DNA from: an uncultured beta proteobacterium
GTDB taxonomy: Bacteria; Pseudomonadota; Gammaproteobacteria; Burkholderiales; Burkholderiaceae_B
Direction: 5' to 3'
NCBI GenBank assembly: GCA_903903735.1
Contig: CAIUZV010000391.1
Location: forward strand, 5,626 to 69,625
DNA length: 64,000 nucleotides
Shown here: positions 40,067 through 50,570 of the stretch, in pieces
Layout of the letters: each line of letters starts with the position of its first letter
Position numbering within the stretch: position 1 is the first letter of the stretch
Made by a program: the position numbers and the translations under genes
The notes under the pieces: generated by a model
What the model was told of the DNA's origin: nothing
The model's database searches: none
Seen by the model: the letters and a program-made list of their open reading frames with translations, nothing else

Positions 40067-41613
40067 TGCGCATTATATAAAGAATTGTTTTGCCAAACGA
40101 TTCCAAGCGACGATTGATAAATGCGCGAAAATTTACCTAAACCATCGATTCTGCTGACAATATCAGACGTTAAGTTCTCGACAATAATGAGATCTGCCGA
40201 ATCGGACAAGGCTGATACTTGTTGTGGGTATCGTGTATTCTGAGTGCCACTTCCATAGAGTACCGTTGCCGGTAGCCAACGCACCATCGAAGTCATCTCA
40301 AGATTAAAGTTCCACGGGTAGTCTGCATGCAGAAGTAAATCTTTGGGGCAGGTGCGTACAAGTTTCACTAACTCGCTATTTAGTCGGGTTTTATTGGTTA
40401 ACTCAAGTCCGTTGAAATAACTCAATAGCAGCAGTGGACGTACTTGTTGTAACTGTGCGGCGAGCAAGATAGTGAGTAAGACCAGTAGAATCCTTCGCAC
40501 ACTGTTTACTTTAATGCTAAACAAAAAACCAAATCCAACAACAAATAACGGCATCAGCGCGGGCGAGAGGGTCCGATAATCAAAAACAATATTGGGATCA
40601 AAAAAAGACCGCATCAATAATAGGAATATCAAGTACCCAGTCACAAAAATGCTGGCTAAAAAAACAAGCCAGGATTTGTTGTTAGATACTAAGGTGCCAG
40701 ATCCGAATAGAAAAATTCTAACTATCCCGGTAGTTGAGACAACAAAAAGGGTACAGACGATGCATAGACCAACGAGCCAAGATAAAAGCGCCAACGTAGG
40801 ATAAGCCCCATCCGCGGAAGATCCCAACAACCATTGACCAATATTCGATAGCCCGAGGTTTATATCGGTAAGTGTTGGCGGATGGAAGATTAGTGGCCGT
40901 AGATTAGCCTCCGTGTCGCCTACGCCGAGTCGTTGACGCCACCAACCTAAAAATAGTAAAGCCGGTATGGTTTGCGCAACGATGCCCAACCATTTGAACC
41001 GCTCATCATTGTCGGTTTTAATAATTAGGAGTGCAAAAATATTTAGTGCGATCACACAAAGCCCAGCATAACGCGTGAGCGTAGCAATAAAACCAATAAT
41101 AGAGAGCAAAACAATGAGGCGCGCCCGAGCGCCCTCTCTGGCGTGTGCAAGGGCGCAAAGGGCAATGAGGTCGAGAAGGATAATTGGTAAAAATAATGCT
41201 TCGCTAAGGGCGTAGAAATACGTGTGTGTAATGACCGGATGCAGAGCTAATAGCCCAGCAAAGACATACATCCATTTGTCAAATTTACTTGCGAAAACTT
41301 TCCACAAAATCCCAAGCAATAAAAAAACGCATCCGAACAAGACGGCATTTATAAGCCTGCTGCTGAGATAAAAATCACCTTCAATGAAGCGTGCGGCGAG
41401 TCCAATGATTAGCGGATACAGTGGGGGCCACTGAACACTGAAATAGTCAAAGCCTCTACCCTGCAAGTAGCCTTGGGCTGACTTAAGGTAGGCAACAGAA
41501 TCTGGGCTCATGCCCAGCCCACGCGGGGTAAAAAAAATTAGAGACGCCGACAAGCATAAAGCCGTCGCAACCCACAGTACCAAAGCGGGTGTCATGGACC
41601 GGCTGTAACTCAT
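40042..41613 (-). CDS. GT-C glycosyltransferase-like membrane protein
   Basis: SPDSVAYL, WPPLYP, LSEALF and TRYAG, typical of PMT_2-like proteins. Confidence 0.72.
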   Translation of the reverse strand: MSYSRSMTPALVLWVATALCLSASLIFFTPRGLGMSPDSVAYLKSAQGYLQGRGFDYFSVQWPPLYPLIIGLAARFIEGDFYLSSRLINAVLFGCVFLLLGILWKVFASKFDKWMYVFAGLLALHPVITHTYFYALSEALFLPIILLDLIALCALAHAREGARARLIVLLSIIGFIATLTRYAGLCVIALNIFALLIIKTDNDERFKWLGIVAQTIPALLFLGWWRQRLGVGDTEANLRPLIFHPPTLTDINLGLSNIGQWLLGSSADGAYPTLALLSWLVGLCIVCTLFVVSTTGIVRIFLFGSGTLVSNNKSWLVFLASIFVTGYLIFLLLMRSFFDPNIVFDYRTLSPALMPLFVVGFGFLFSIKVNSVRRILLVLLTILLAAQLQQVRPLLLLSYFNGLELTNKTRLNSELVKLVRTCPKDLLLHADYPWNFNLEMTSMVRWLPATVLYGSGTQNTRYPQQVSALSDSADLIIVENLTSDIVSRIDGLGKFSRIYQSSLGIVWQNNSLYNAQCLMQSND

Positions 41614-42896
41614 TTAACGCCTTGAGTTGCAATCGTGTCGGCAATGACGGCGTTTCCAAGTGCATTGAAATGCGCATCACCAGCAAAATAATATTTATTG
41701 ACGACGGCATTCGGTCCGGAACCGTCGGCCAATTTGAAGAACCTAGGAAACGTATTGTAAAAATGAAGACAGCGGGTACGACAAAAGTCGCGCCAAATCT
41801 GAACGTGCAATGAGTCGACCGTGTCGTAGAGAAGTTGACCAGGCCATGGATAGACTCCGATGGATAATGTGGCGCCGTGCTTCGTGACCAAGGTATACAG
41901 CTCAGCCATTTCGCGCTGCATTTTTATTAGGTTACCTTGAACACCCTCTGGGCCATAATGAGGTGATCGGACGTTATAGGTCCATTCGCTTTTTGGATAA
42001 TCACGCAGATAGATTCCGTCGTAGATATTTGCTAGAAAAGGCGATGCATTCCGTGACTGCTCAGTTGTAGAAGTAGTTACCTCGGGACGTTGATTGAGAT
42101 CTACTCCGCTGGGTTTGTACTCTTGGGCTTTGTCTGATACAGCACTCTCGGCGGCTAATTCAGCGGTCGCAGCCGTAGTCGTGGAAGTCATTGAATCGGC
42201 AATGATGTCGGACTTGGATGGTTGAATTAATTTCAAATCCTTAATGTTCGCCCAAGCAGTTCCAGTCAGCGGGAAATATGTCGAGGCAAGCCGCCGCAAG
42301 CGTCTCAGACCCACTAATGGATAGGACTCCCCCTTATCGACCACGATACGATCGAGGTGTAGATCATACGCATTTGCTTCATCGTAAATGTCAGCAATAT
42401 CAATAAAAACGATTACATGTTCAAAACGGAACCCATTCGCGTATAGCTCTTTGAGCTTAGCTAAATAAATGGCTGGGGAATAAGAAACAACACCAAGATT
42501 CGCGATGCGTAATGTCGGGTAGCGCTCTGCAATCATCCCAACGAAAGTATCTTCAAAAGGTAGGCCGATACCTTCGGTGAAACTATCACCCATAAAAGCA
42601 ACGTTGAACGACTTGCTAGGGTCGGGACTGCGATTGCAGTGATCCTTAAAGCCGAATTGATTCGTACAGATTTTGTAGGTCCAGTCGCCCCAGCGACCCT
42701 GACCGCTGTAATTGGCCTTTAACGTGTGATGATAAATCGGATGTTGTATACGAAACGAATCAGATTCACGGATCGCAGACAAAAGCCAGCGCCCCATAAA
42801 AAAATCGATAGTTAAAAAAAGTACAAGGCTAACGGCAAGAATCACAGATAAGTCGAGGACCTGTTTTTTTAGAGTAGACACAAATCCCCTTCGCAT
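41610..42896 (-). CDS. Membrane-anchored SGNH/GDSL hydrolase-fold protein
   Basis: N-terminal TM; GDSFTEG (block I), NLGVVSYS (block II), GDAHFNALG (DxH, block V); internal Ser/Thr/Ala-rich insert. Confidence 0.82.
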   Translation of the reverse strand: MRRGFVSTLKKQVLDLSVILAVSLVLFLTIDFFMGRWLLSAIRESDSFRIQHPIYHHTLKANYSGQGRWGDWTYKICTNQFGFKDHCNRSPDPSKSFNVAFMGDSFTEGIGLPFEDTFVGMIAERYPTLRIANLGVVSYSPAIYLAKLKELYANGFRFEHVIVFIDIADIYDEANAYDLHLDRIVVDKGESYPLVGLRRLRRLASTYFPLTGTAWANIKDLKLIQPSKSDIIADSMTSTTTAATAELAAESAVSDKAQEYKPSGVDLNQRPEVTTSTTEQSRNASPFLANIYDGIYLRDYPKSEWTYNVRSPHYGPEGVQGNLIKMQREMAELYTLVTKHGATLSIGVYPWPGQLLYDTVDSLHVQIWRDFCRTRCLHFYNTFPRFFKLADGSGPNAVVNKYYFAGDAHFNALGNAVIADTIATQGVK

Positions 42897-42935
42897 ATAT
42901 CACGCCTTGAATTTCTTTGACCGCACACTAGCAAC

Positions 42936-44600
42936 CTATTTGAGGCCCGTCACTCTATATAGATTTTGCACGGGAGTGCTCAATAGTAATTCTTTTTGAA
43001 TGCTGGCTAGGTGTGGATAGCTTGGCGAAATCAAAAATACCGGTCGATCCTTTTTAAGTTCTTCTGAAATGGCATCGACCGCTATATTTTTATCAAGCCC
43101 ACCTTTGCCAGGTGCATGAAATTGCCGATTAAATATATTAAAGTACCAAAAATTAGGATCAATGGAGCTCATGCGTAGTTCCATGGCTGGGACCAGAGAC
43201 ATACCAAACCAGCGCGCGCAATTCAATAAGTTGCAATTAAAGGCTCCGATGACTAACGGTTCGTCGTATTTTTGTAGCGTTGCTATCACCTGGTTCTGCG
43301 AATCGACACCGCTAGCATGGTCCTGTGAAATTGTTTGAATGGATTGAATTAACGAAGAATACGCAATGAAGGTAACGGCAAAAAACCAAGTCCAGCAAGC
43401 GAGCGTTTTGACATGGCGTCCCGCAGGCATGACGACAAAGTGATTGACTAGCCATGCAAATGCTAGTGGGGTTACCGAGAGTGTGGGGACCATGTAGCTT
43501 GGGCCCAGATGCTTCGCGACCATCATTGTGTGTGCAATTGCGGCAAAAATAAATACAGCCGAGATGAGCAGAAGATCACCATTGATTTTGAAATTTGAAG
43601 AAAATATTTTTAGCCATCTAGGCGTATTTTGATCTCTACGTAGTGGCTTAGTTAAGACATAAAACAGCACGACAATGACAGAGAGCCCAGCGATACCGAA
43701 TATGACGTAATAAAAAATCCCAAAATGGCCCATGAGCCATCCGATCGAGCCCTTGAGCTGAGCCCACGACAGCATCGTCGTGGATCCTTGCCCATGCATG
43801 CCTGAGTGCGAGATCACCTTAAAGAACCAGCGAAACATATCGCCCAGTCGCGAAAGTATAGGAACGACCCCACAGAACCATGCGAGTAAAGAAAACAAGA
43901 ACGCTCTGAGGATGAGTGAAGGCGACCGAATTAAAAACAGCAAACTAAACAGAGGAGCGAACGTAACCTTGATCGCTAGCCCGACACCGCAAAGAATGCC
44001 TGCCCACATAGCGATAGATTTTCGTGAGGAAGGACTTACGTTATGGTTGCTAAGAACGAGTGGTGCAAGTACTGTGACGAGCGCAAGCGATACGCTGATT
44101 AAAAGTGCTTCGGGCGTAGGAAAAACAATATTTGGTACAGTCATTGGATAGAGTAGCGGGGTCGTTTGACAACCAAACGCGAGTGCCCGACTTGCCGTAA
44201 AGCGGTAGATCTGTAAGCCAAGTCGGTAGAGCACGTATCCCGTCAGCGCTAGCAAGACAAGGCTGGTCGAAAGCAAGAAGTATTCGGGTTTGTCTAGGAC
44301 AGTATCAAATAAGCCTAACCGTGTAACGCCGGTTGCACTAAGCAACATCCAGCAAATGACAATCAGGGCGGCAATTAAAGACTGTAATGGTGTGCCCGGG
44401 TGATCCGTGTGTACCGGGGCATTTCCCTGTAGGATATCTATGCCAGAAAAGAGATATTGGTAGGCGGGATCTTGTCCGAACCCAGTGTGACTGTTGATGT
44501 GGAGCGGATAAAGATCATGAATCAGCGCCAGACCGGCCAATACGACCGTCGCTGGACCGATGGCTAACATCCATTTCGAAAATCTATCGGGATTGGACAT
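42936..44600 (-). CDS. GT-C glycosyltransferase-like membrane protein
   Basis: QDPAYQYL and DHPGTPL after TM1; PEALL; IKVTF; about 11 TMs plus a soluble tail. Confidence 0.6.
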   Translation of the reverse strand: MSNPDRFSKWMLAIGPATVVLAGLALIHDLYPLHINSHTGFGQDPAYQYLFSGIDILQGNAPVHTDHPGTPLQSLIAALIVICWMLLSATGVTRLGLFDTVLDKPEYFLLSTSLVLLALTGYVLYRLGLQIYRFTASRALAFGCQTTPLLYPMTVPNIVFPTPEALLISVSLALVTVLAPLVLSNHNVSPSSRKSIAMWAGILCGVGLAIKVTFAPLFSLLFLIRSPSLILRAFLFSLLAWFCGVVPILSRLGDMFRWFFKVISHSGMHGQGSTTMLSWAQLKGSIGWLMGHFGIFYYVIFGIAGLSVIVVLFYVLTKPLRRDQNTPRWLKIFSSNFKINGDLLLISAVFIFAAIAHTMMVAKHLGPSYMVPTLSVTPLAFAWLVNHFVVMPAGRHVKTLACWTWFFAVTFIAYSSLIQSIQTISQDHASGVDSQNQVIATLQKYDEPLVIGAFNCNLLNCARWFGMSLVPAMELRMSSIDPNFWYFNIFNRQFHAPGKGGLDKNIAVDAISEELKKDRPVFLISPSYPHLASIQKELLLSTPVQNLYRVTGLK

Positions 44601-44644
44601 TTTAAATATTCAGCATGCAACGCCTGCATGCGACGCAAAAAATA

Positions 44645-45868
44645 CTATAAAGGTTGATCGTTTAGTAAAAGCTTTTCGAGCGCCGTGACACAAATTTCTT
44701 TTGAAAAGTGTTGCGAAGCATACACCTTGCCTCTTTGCCCTATTTTATTAAACTCTGCTGCGTCAGCAAGTAGATTTTGCATGGCTAATACGCAAGCCGT
44801 TAAATCGTTTGAATATGCCGAGACACCGCAGTTTGACGCCGAGATTAAGTCGTGTGCGTCACTTGACGCGTGTAAAAATGCGGCGACCGGAAGGCCCGAT
44901 GCCATATGCCCTAATATCTTACCGGGTACGACGGGTGTCTGATTCTGAGGGCTCAAGCACACCAATCCGATATCGCAGCTATCTAGTAAGTCGGGGTAAG
45001 CCTCACGAGATATGAACCCTTCAAATCGCACGTTGGTAAGTTTCTTAGCTGTTGCGTGCTGTTCCAACTTTGCTCTCTCTTTGCCGTCACCTACCATTAG
45101 GAATAAGAGGTCCGATCTGTCCTGCATGCGTTCGGCAATATCTAAAATTAGTTCAAGGTATTGCGAGGGCCCCATCACTCCAGCGAAAACGGCTACGTAT
45201 TTTTGCGTGATTGCCCATTTTTTTCTGAAATCGATTCGTCGTTTGTCAACACTGTGGTGTTCAATGTCGACCCAGTTATGAAGCAGCTGCAGTTTGGGTG
45301 CGAGGTCCGGATGCTGTTCGATCAGCACTCTGCGGTTGCCCTCAGAGTGAACAGTCACCACATCAGATGTTCGATACGCATAGCGTTCTAGCCATTGAAA
45401 GAATTTAATCTGAATGGTGCTTCGCAAAATATTAAGATCAATAGCGTTTTGTGGAAATAAATCTTGAATGTTTAATAGTGTTCGCGCGCCGGACTTTCGC
45501 AACCAAGTCCCAACTAAGGCTAATGGTAGCGGTGGGCTATAAATGACAACTGCATCTGGCTTAATGTTGTATTGGCGCAGCTTTCTAAGAAATTGAAATG
45601 GCATGAGTAGCTGTGATAAGCCACGAATTAGGTAATTCACATTGTGGTGCGGTAGCGTCTTGACACGGAGTACGCTGATACCATTTTCAATCTCCAGCGC
45701 ATTGAACGCACGTGTAATTGTCGTTTTGTCGAGGTTGTATTCGGGCCATGTCGTAATGACAGTAACCTTGTGCCCTCTTTCGTGCAATTCTTGAGCAAGT
45801 TCAAGCATTAAATGAGAAGCAGAACGTATCTCGGGTGGAAACGAGTCGGTAACAAGTAAAATATTCAC
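44645..45868 (-). CDS. Glycosyltransferase family 4 (WbuB-like)
   Basis: DSFPPE, YSPPL, NIQDLFPQNA, FAGVMG, VPGKI..HMASG. Confidence 0.9.
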   Translation of the reverse strand: MNILLVTDSFPPEIRSASHLMLELAQELHERGHKVTVITTWPEYNLDKTTITRAFNALEIENGISVLRVKTLPHHNVNYLIRGLSQLLMPFQFLRKLRQYNIKPDAVVIYSPPLPLALVGTWLRKSGARTLLNIQDLFPQNAIDLNILRSTIQIKFFQWLERYAYRTSDVVTVHSEGNRRVLIEQHPDLAPKLQLLHNWVDIEHHSVDKRRIDFRKKWAITQKYVAVFAGVMGPSQYLELILDIAERMQDRSDLLFLMVGDGKERAKLEQHATAKKLTNVRFEGFISREAYPDLLDSCDIGLVCLSPQNQTPVVPGKILGHMASGLPVAAFLHASSDAHDLISASNCGVSAYSNDLTACVLAMQNLLADAAEFNKIGQRGKVYASQHFSKEICVTALEKLLLNDQPL

Positions 45869-47172
45869 GATAGCGAGAGTCGTCGTTTAAAAGAGATTCG
45901 TATGACAAAGGAAAAAGCGATCGCAAACACAACGCATGCAGCGACTTCTCTTGCGCACTGTTGTAATAACGAAATCGGGATGCTGTGCCCAACCGTCTGC
46001 ATGTACAAAGTATAGTTATAAAAGCTAAAGAACTGAGTTAACTTGAGTGAAATCGCCCAAACTTGTGTTGCACGTAGTTCCTCAGCCCAGACGACAATCA
46101 ACGTGCAAACAAAGAATAAAGTAGTCAAAGAGTGCGTCAGTCTCGATGTATGCGGAGACCTTTTTATATCGAATATCAGAGGCAGCATCAGGATGACGAA
46201 AATCCAACGATAGTCGTAGTTAGTATTGATGATGTAGGTAAAAGACAGAATAGACAGCCCCAACACAAATGCAATGTAGTTGAAGTTTATTTTTAACTCG
46301 GATAGCCCATCATTCTTTAGCCGCTTAGCAAGCCACGCAGAGCTTGCGACGATACATGCGGTGACGATTGCAGAAAACTCGGTCACCGTAAAAAATTGCA
46401 CTTCGCTCAATGCGCGGACTAAATACGTATACAGTGCACTTGCTCCCGTGACGTAGTGGTCCTGCGGTTTAGGCACCGAATTTCTTAGGATCAGAATTTC
46501 CGCCTTGTTGGTCACGAACCACAAGGCCGCTAAAACAATAACAAACCCGATTATGGCGATGATTTTTTGGTTGTCTTTCTTAAGAAGAATGACTGCGCCA
46601 AACAGAACGACCGGGTATATCTTTAACAGAGTTGCGATGTAAATGACGAGCACACCAAAAACCAAAGATATTATGCGTGTGCTTGAGAGCAAAAGCGCGC
46701 TGACAAAAGTTAAAAGAAATATAACTAGATCGTTGTTCGCTCGCTCAATCCCCAGCGTCACTGCGGGTGAAAACAAAATCAGCGCAGAACTCAACATTTC
46801 ACTGATTGAAGAGGGCTTAACGAGCCACACTACAACTGATATGAATGCAAGATTAAGCAATACGCCTAGGTTGAATAAGTGACTTGCGATTGAGTCGATG
46901 CGACTGAGCGTGAGCCAAAGGCTCCCGTACACATGTGGTCGGTTCAGCGCGTCGCACGGGTTGTTGACAAATACGTCGAAGCCCCGTTGATGGCACTCTG
47001 CCGCGCTAAGAATGGCGTGCAAGTCCGCAAAGAGCGGCTCGATATGTGGAACGCCAATTAAATGCCATAAATTGAATTGATCTAAAGCACAAAGATAGAT
47101 GACCCAAGACACCAAGAGAGTGATTGACCATCTATGCGAACAAATGAATTTCTTCAATAGCATTTGCTTCAT
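45865..47172 (-). CDS. GT-C (GT87-like) membrane protein
   Basis: FADLHAI, CDALNRPHVY, IERANND, LKIYP, NYDYR. Confidence 0.62.
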   Translation of the reverse strand: MKQMLLKKFICSHRWSITLLVSWVIYLCALDQFNLWHLIGVPHIEPLFADLHAILSAAECHQRGFDVFVNNPCDALNRPHVYGSLWLTLSRIDSIASHLFNLGVLLNLAFISVVVWLVKPSSISEMLSSALILFSPAVTLGIERANNDLVIFLLTFVSALLLSSTRIISLVFGVLVIYIATLLKIYPVVLFGAVILLKKDNQKIIAIIGFVIVLAALWFVTNKAEILILRNSVPKPQDHYVTGASALYTYLVRALSEVQFFTVTEFSAIVTACIVASSAWLAKRLKNDGLSELKINFNYIAFVLGLSILSFTYIINTNYDYRWIFVILMLPLIFDIKRSPHTSRLTHSLTTLFFVCTLIVVWAEELRATQVWAISLKLTQFFSFYNYTLYMQTVGHSIPISLLQQCAREVAACVVFAIAFSFVIRISFKRRLSLS

Positions 47173-47216
47173 CTTTGGACCGGTCGTTTCGTTACAAACC
47201 TTAATCCGCCGATGAT

Positions 47217-49409
47217 TTAAGAATAATATGCGGGTTGGAGAAGGGGTTGGGTTGTCGCTGTTGCAAGTGCGCGCTCGATGCCAAAAATCACGTCCATCGT
47301 ATCAAACTGCGCTAACAAGTTAGGTGTCACTACTTCGTTACCTCGTGCCGCTGCGAGAAAGTGCGCTAACTCTTGCGTGTAGCCCATTTCTTGTGCGCTT
47401 GTTTTAAAGACGATCTCTTTTCCGCCTTTATGTAATTCAGACACTCTAAAGTCGCGTGAGACAATAGTTTGGCCATCAAAAAACAGCTCAAACATCTCCC
47501 GAGAATACGCTTTATCGCCAGATGCGGAGTAGATTAACGAACCGACGGAGCCGTCTGCAAACTTGAAGCTCGCTGCAAAGTTATCGTTATTGACTGATGT
47601 TGTATTGTTGCCAGAAACACGTTCGGCTGAGATGCGAATAATCGGGGCCCCCACCAAGCACTGAATCAAATCAATAAAGTGTGACGCTTCGCCTACGATG
47701 CGGCTGCGACCCTCGTCGTCTGAGTGTACCCAGTGTGATCCGGGAATAAAACCAGTGTTGACACGCATCTGCATGACTAGTGGCCCTTGGCGAGCACTCA
47801 GCCATTTTTGTATCTGGGCGGTATGCGGCGAGTACCGACGATTATGACCCACAAAGATCACAGGTAGCGAACGCGCCTGCGCAGTGAGCTCGCGAAGTTC
47901 GGCTAGCTCATCAACATCAATGCAAATCGGTTTTTCCAGGAAGAGAGCTTTACCACTCTGTATCGCAGACTTGACTAACTCTGCATGTTGACTGTGTGGC
48001 GTCAGCCCGATCACTGCCTGGACGTCATTGTTTTGCCAAACAGTGTTCGCATCTGTTGCTTGGTTAAGAAAACCAAATTTGCGAGCGCTGTGTTCGACGC
48101 TCGAGCCAGAGCCGGTGACGAGAGTATGGAGTTGAACATCTTTCTGCTTTTCTAGCGCGGGCAGTAAGAGGGCTTTGCCGAACAGTCCGGCACCGATGAC
48201 GCCTAACTGTAATCGGTCCGTGTTGACGCCTGCAGTTTGAACAGTATGTTGACCTGGGACAGGCAGGCTACGAATGATCGCTGCAGAGTTGGGATAAGTG
48301 AGTAGGACACCTATCGGCTGTACAAGTTGGCCTGCAACGAATTGCGCATACACCTCACCCGCTTGCTCGATGTTGTAACGATGGGTGATCAGTGGCTTAA
48401 CATCGATGCGCTTATCGGCGATCAGACGTAAAAACTCTTGCAGGTTACGCTTTTCAGTCCAACGCACTTCACCGATAGGTAGATCAACGCCATCGACCTC
48501 ATAGACGGGATCGAGGGACCCTGGGCCTGCGGCACGCGACACAACCAGCTCAATTTCCTTTAGCCAAAGTTCGTTACGATCGGGATGAATATCGGCAGTA
48601 CCGACGACGACGATTCGTCCCTTGCTGCGACAAAGTTGAATTGACTGGTCAACCAAGCTGCGATCTTTACTTGCAGCTGTAATGATGACGGCATCCGCAC
48701 CGTAGCCTGAAGTTTGTGCGTCGCATAGACTGCTCAACTCATCGGTATGGCTGGTAATGTGTTTGAAGCCAAGCGAACGTGCTAACGAAGCTTTGTCGAC
48801 TGCGGGGTCTAGCGCGATAACCTCGCACCCATACGCTCGCAGCATCTGTATAGTCAGTAAGCCAAGTAGTCCCAGCCCAAGCACCACAACCCGCGACCCA
48901 AAGGTGAGCTGGGCTGAGCGGATCCCGTGCAGCGCAATAATGCCCAGCATGCCAAAGGCCGCTTCGTCGTCTTGAACCTCATTGGGGATACGGCAGGCTA
49001 GGTTGACCGGAACTGATACGAATTCAGCATGGGAGGCGAAGCCTTGCCCAACACACGCAACACGGTCACCCGGAGAGAACTCGGTCGCCGCGATCCCCGA
49101 CTCTTCGACGGTACCTGCTGAGCTGTATCCCAAGGCAGTAGGCGTATCCAACCGACCCATGGCCTCTTGCCATGTTTTGAGGAGACCTTCTTTTTTTGCT
49201 TTATCCCAGGCGCGTCGCACCAGATCCGGACGCGAAGCGGCCTTCCCAAGAAGGGATTTCCGGCCGAGTTCGATGGTTGATCGCTCTGTGCCAAGGCTAA
49301 TCAACGAGTGCGTATTGCGGACAAGAACCCGTTTTGTACCGCAACGCGGCACAGGGACCTCACGCAATGCAACCTCGCCCGTCTTATAGCTTTGGATGAC
49401 TTGCTTCAT
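47217..49409 (-). CDS. Bi-domain oxidoreductase (MDR/zinc-ADH-like domain fused to a Gfo/Idh/MocA domain)
   Basis: SLISLGTE, LGYSSAG, GLGLLG; second Rossmann motif IGAGLFG, FLEKP, GHNRRYSP, GEASHFID. Confidence 0.9.
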   Translation of the reverse strand: MKQVIQSYKTGEVALREVPVPRCGTKRVLVRNTHSLISLGTERSTIELGRKSLLGKAASRPDLVRRAWDKAKKEGLLKTWQEAMGRLDTPTALGYSSAGTVEESGIAATEFSPGDRVACVGQGFASHAEFVSVPVNLACRIPNEVQDDEAAFGMLGIIALHGIRSAQLTFGSRVVVLGLGLLGLLTIQMLRAYGCEVIALDPAVDKASLARSLGFKHITSHTDELSSLCDAQTSGYGADAVIITAASKDRSLVDQSIQLCRSKGRIVVVGTADIHPDRNELWLKEIELVVSRAAGPGSLDPVYEVDGVDLPIGEVRWTEKRNLQEFLRLIADKRIDVKPLITHRYNIEQAGEVYAQFVAGQLVQPIGVLLTYPNSAAIIRSLPVPGQHTVQTAGVNTDRLQLGVIGAGLFGKALLLPALEKQKDVQLHTLVTGSGSSVEHSARKFGFLNQATDANTVWQNNDVQAVIGLTPHSQHAELVKSAIQSGKALFLEKPICIDVDELAELRELTAQARSLPVIFVGHNRRYSPHTAQIQKWLSARQGPLVMQMRVNTGFIPGSHWVHSDDEGRSRIVGEASHFIDLIQCLVGAPIIRISAERVSGNNTTSVNNDNFAASFKFADGSVGSLIYSASGDKAYSREMFELFFDGQTIVSRDFRVSELHKGGKEIVFKTSAQEMGYTQELAHFLAAARGNEVVTPNLLAQFDTMDVIFGIERALATATTQPLLQPAYYS

Positions 49410-50464
49410 TCCTTGCTAGACCCTTGGCGCAAGACATAGTTTTTAACTGCCGATGACATGCCTGGGGGGAACTCAGCATCGCGAGAAATATTGTCCCAAT
49501 TATCTTTAAACCACTGAATCGTGGTTTTGAGACCGTCCTCGAATGTAGTTTTAGGGTCGTAACCGAGAAGCTCTTTCGCGCGGTCGACGCTTGCGAGCAG
49601 TCGAGACTTCGTGTCCCATTTGCGGCGATCCGTGTACAGCAAACCAGCCTTATTGCCGGTCAGCTTGTTGACCATTTCAGCCATCTCGACAATTTCTATT
49701 TCGCGAGCTGAAGCGATATTCATCTCGGCCCCAATCGCTGCCTCTGCGATTCCGGCACGCAGCAGCGCGTCAACGATATCTTCAACATAGGTGAAGTCAC
49801 GTGTCATTTTGCCATCGCCGGTAATTGGGAGTGGCTGACCCTTCATGGCCCAATATATAAAGTTAGGAATCACATTTCGGTACTGGCCAGGCACTTCGCC
49901 GGGACCGTAGGAGTTAAAGAAACGTGTTTTGACGATAGGCAGACCGTAGTGGTGCCAGTAGAAGTTGCAGTAGAGCTCGCCAGCCATCTTTGAGATTTGG
50001 TACGGTGTCGTCAAATGCATCGACATGAACTCTTCTTTTAATGGAAGAGGGGCTGCCGCACCGTAAATTGCACAACCAGACCCAGCGTAAACAAATCGTT
50101 TGAGATTGCCCTGCAGTACTGAATACTCGAGCATCTTGATGGTGCCGAGCTGGCTAACCAAAAGATCTTTTTCGGGGAAATCGACAGAGTTCTGATTGGC
50201 GAAAAAAGCTGCGAGATGAAAGATGTAGTCAGGTTTTTCGTGAAAAACCCTTTTTAAGTCGATATCGTTTGTGATGCTGCCTTTAACGAACAATACGTTA
50301 GGCAGGTTTGGGATGCCCCACTCATACGAGGCGGAAAGGTCATCCAGAATCACTACTTTCGCGGCGCCGGCTTTAGCCAATGCACGCACAAGGTTGCTAC
50401 CTATTGCGCCAGCTCCCCCTGTAACAAGGATGGTCTTGTTGTTGTAGGCGTTGCCGTCTGTCAT
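49406..50464 (-). CDS. NAD-dependent nucleotide-sugar epimerase/dehydratase
   Basis: VTGGAGAIG, HLAA, YQISK, RFFNSYGPG, TRDFTYV. Start at ATG 50464; alternative TTG 50470. Confidence 0.9.
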   Translation of the reverse strand: MTDGNAYNNKTILVTGGAGAIGSNLVRALAKAGAAKVVILDDLSASYEWGIPNLPNVLFVKGSITNDIDLKRVFHEKPDYIFHLAAFFANQNSVDFPEKDLLVSQLGTIKMLEYSVLQGNLKRFVYAGSGCAIYGAAAPLPLKEEFMSMHLTTPYQISKMAGELYCNFYWHHYGLPIVKTRFFNSYGPGEVPGQYRNVIPNFIYWAMKGQPLPITGDGKMTRDFTYVEDIVDALLRAGIAEAAIGAEMNIASAREIEIVEMAEMVNKLTGNKAGLLYTDRRKWDTKSRLLASVDRAKELLGYDPKTTFEDGLKTTIQWFKDNWDNISRDAEFPPGMSSAVKNYVLRQGSSKE

Positions 50465-50570
50465 TAGCAAAAATTCCTTAGGCGAAAACAGTTAAATGAG
50501 TAGGTTTGCACGCGGTGATTTATCACAACATATCTCACGAATTTTATAACAGCCTTACAGCTACGGTTTC

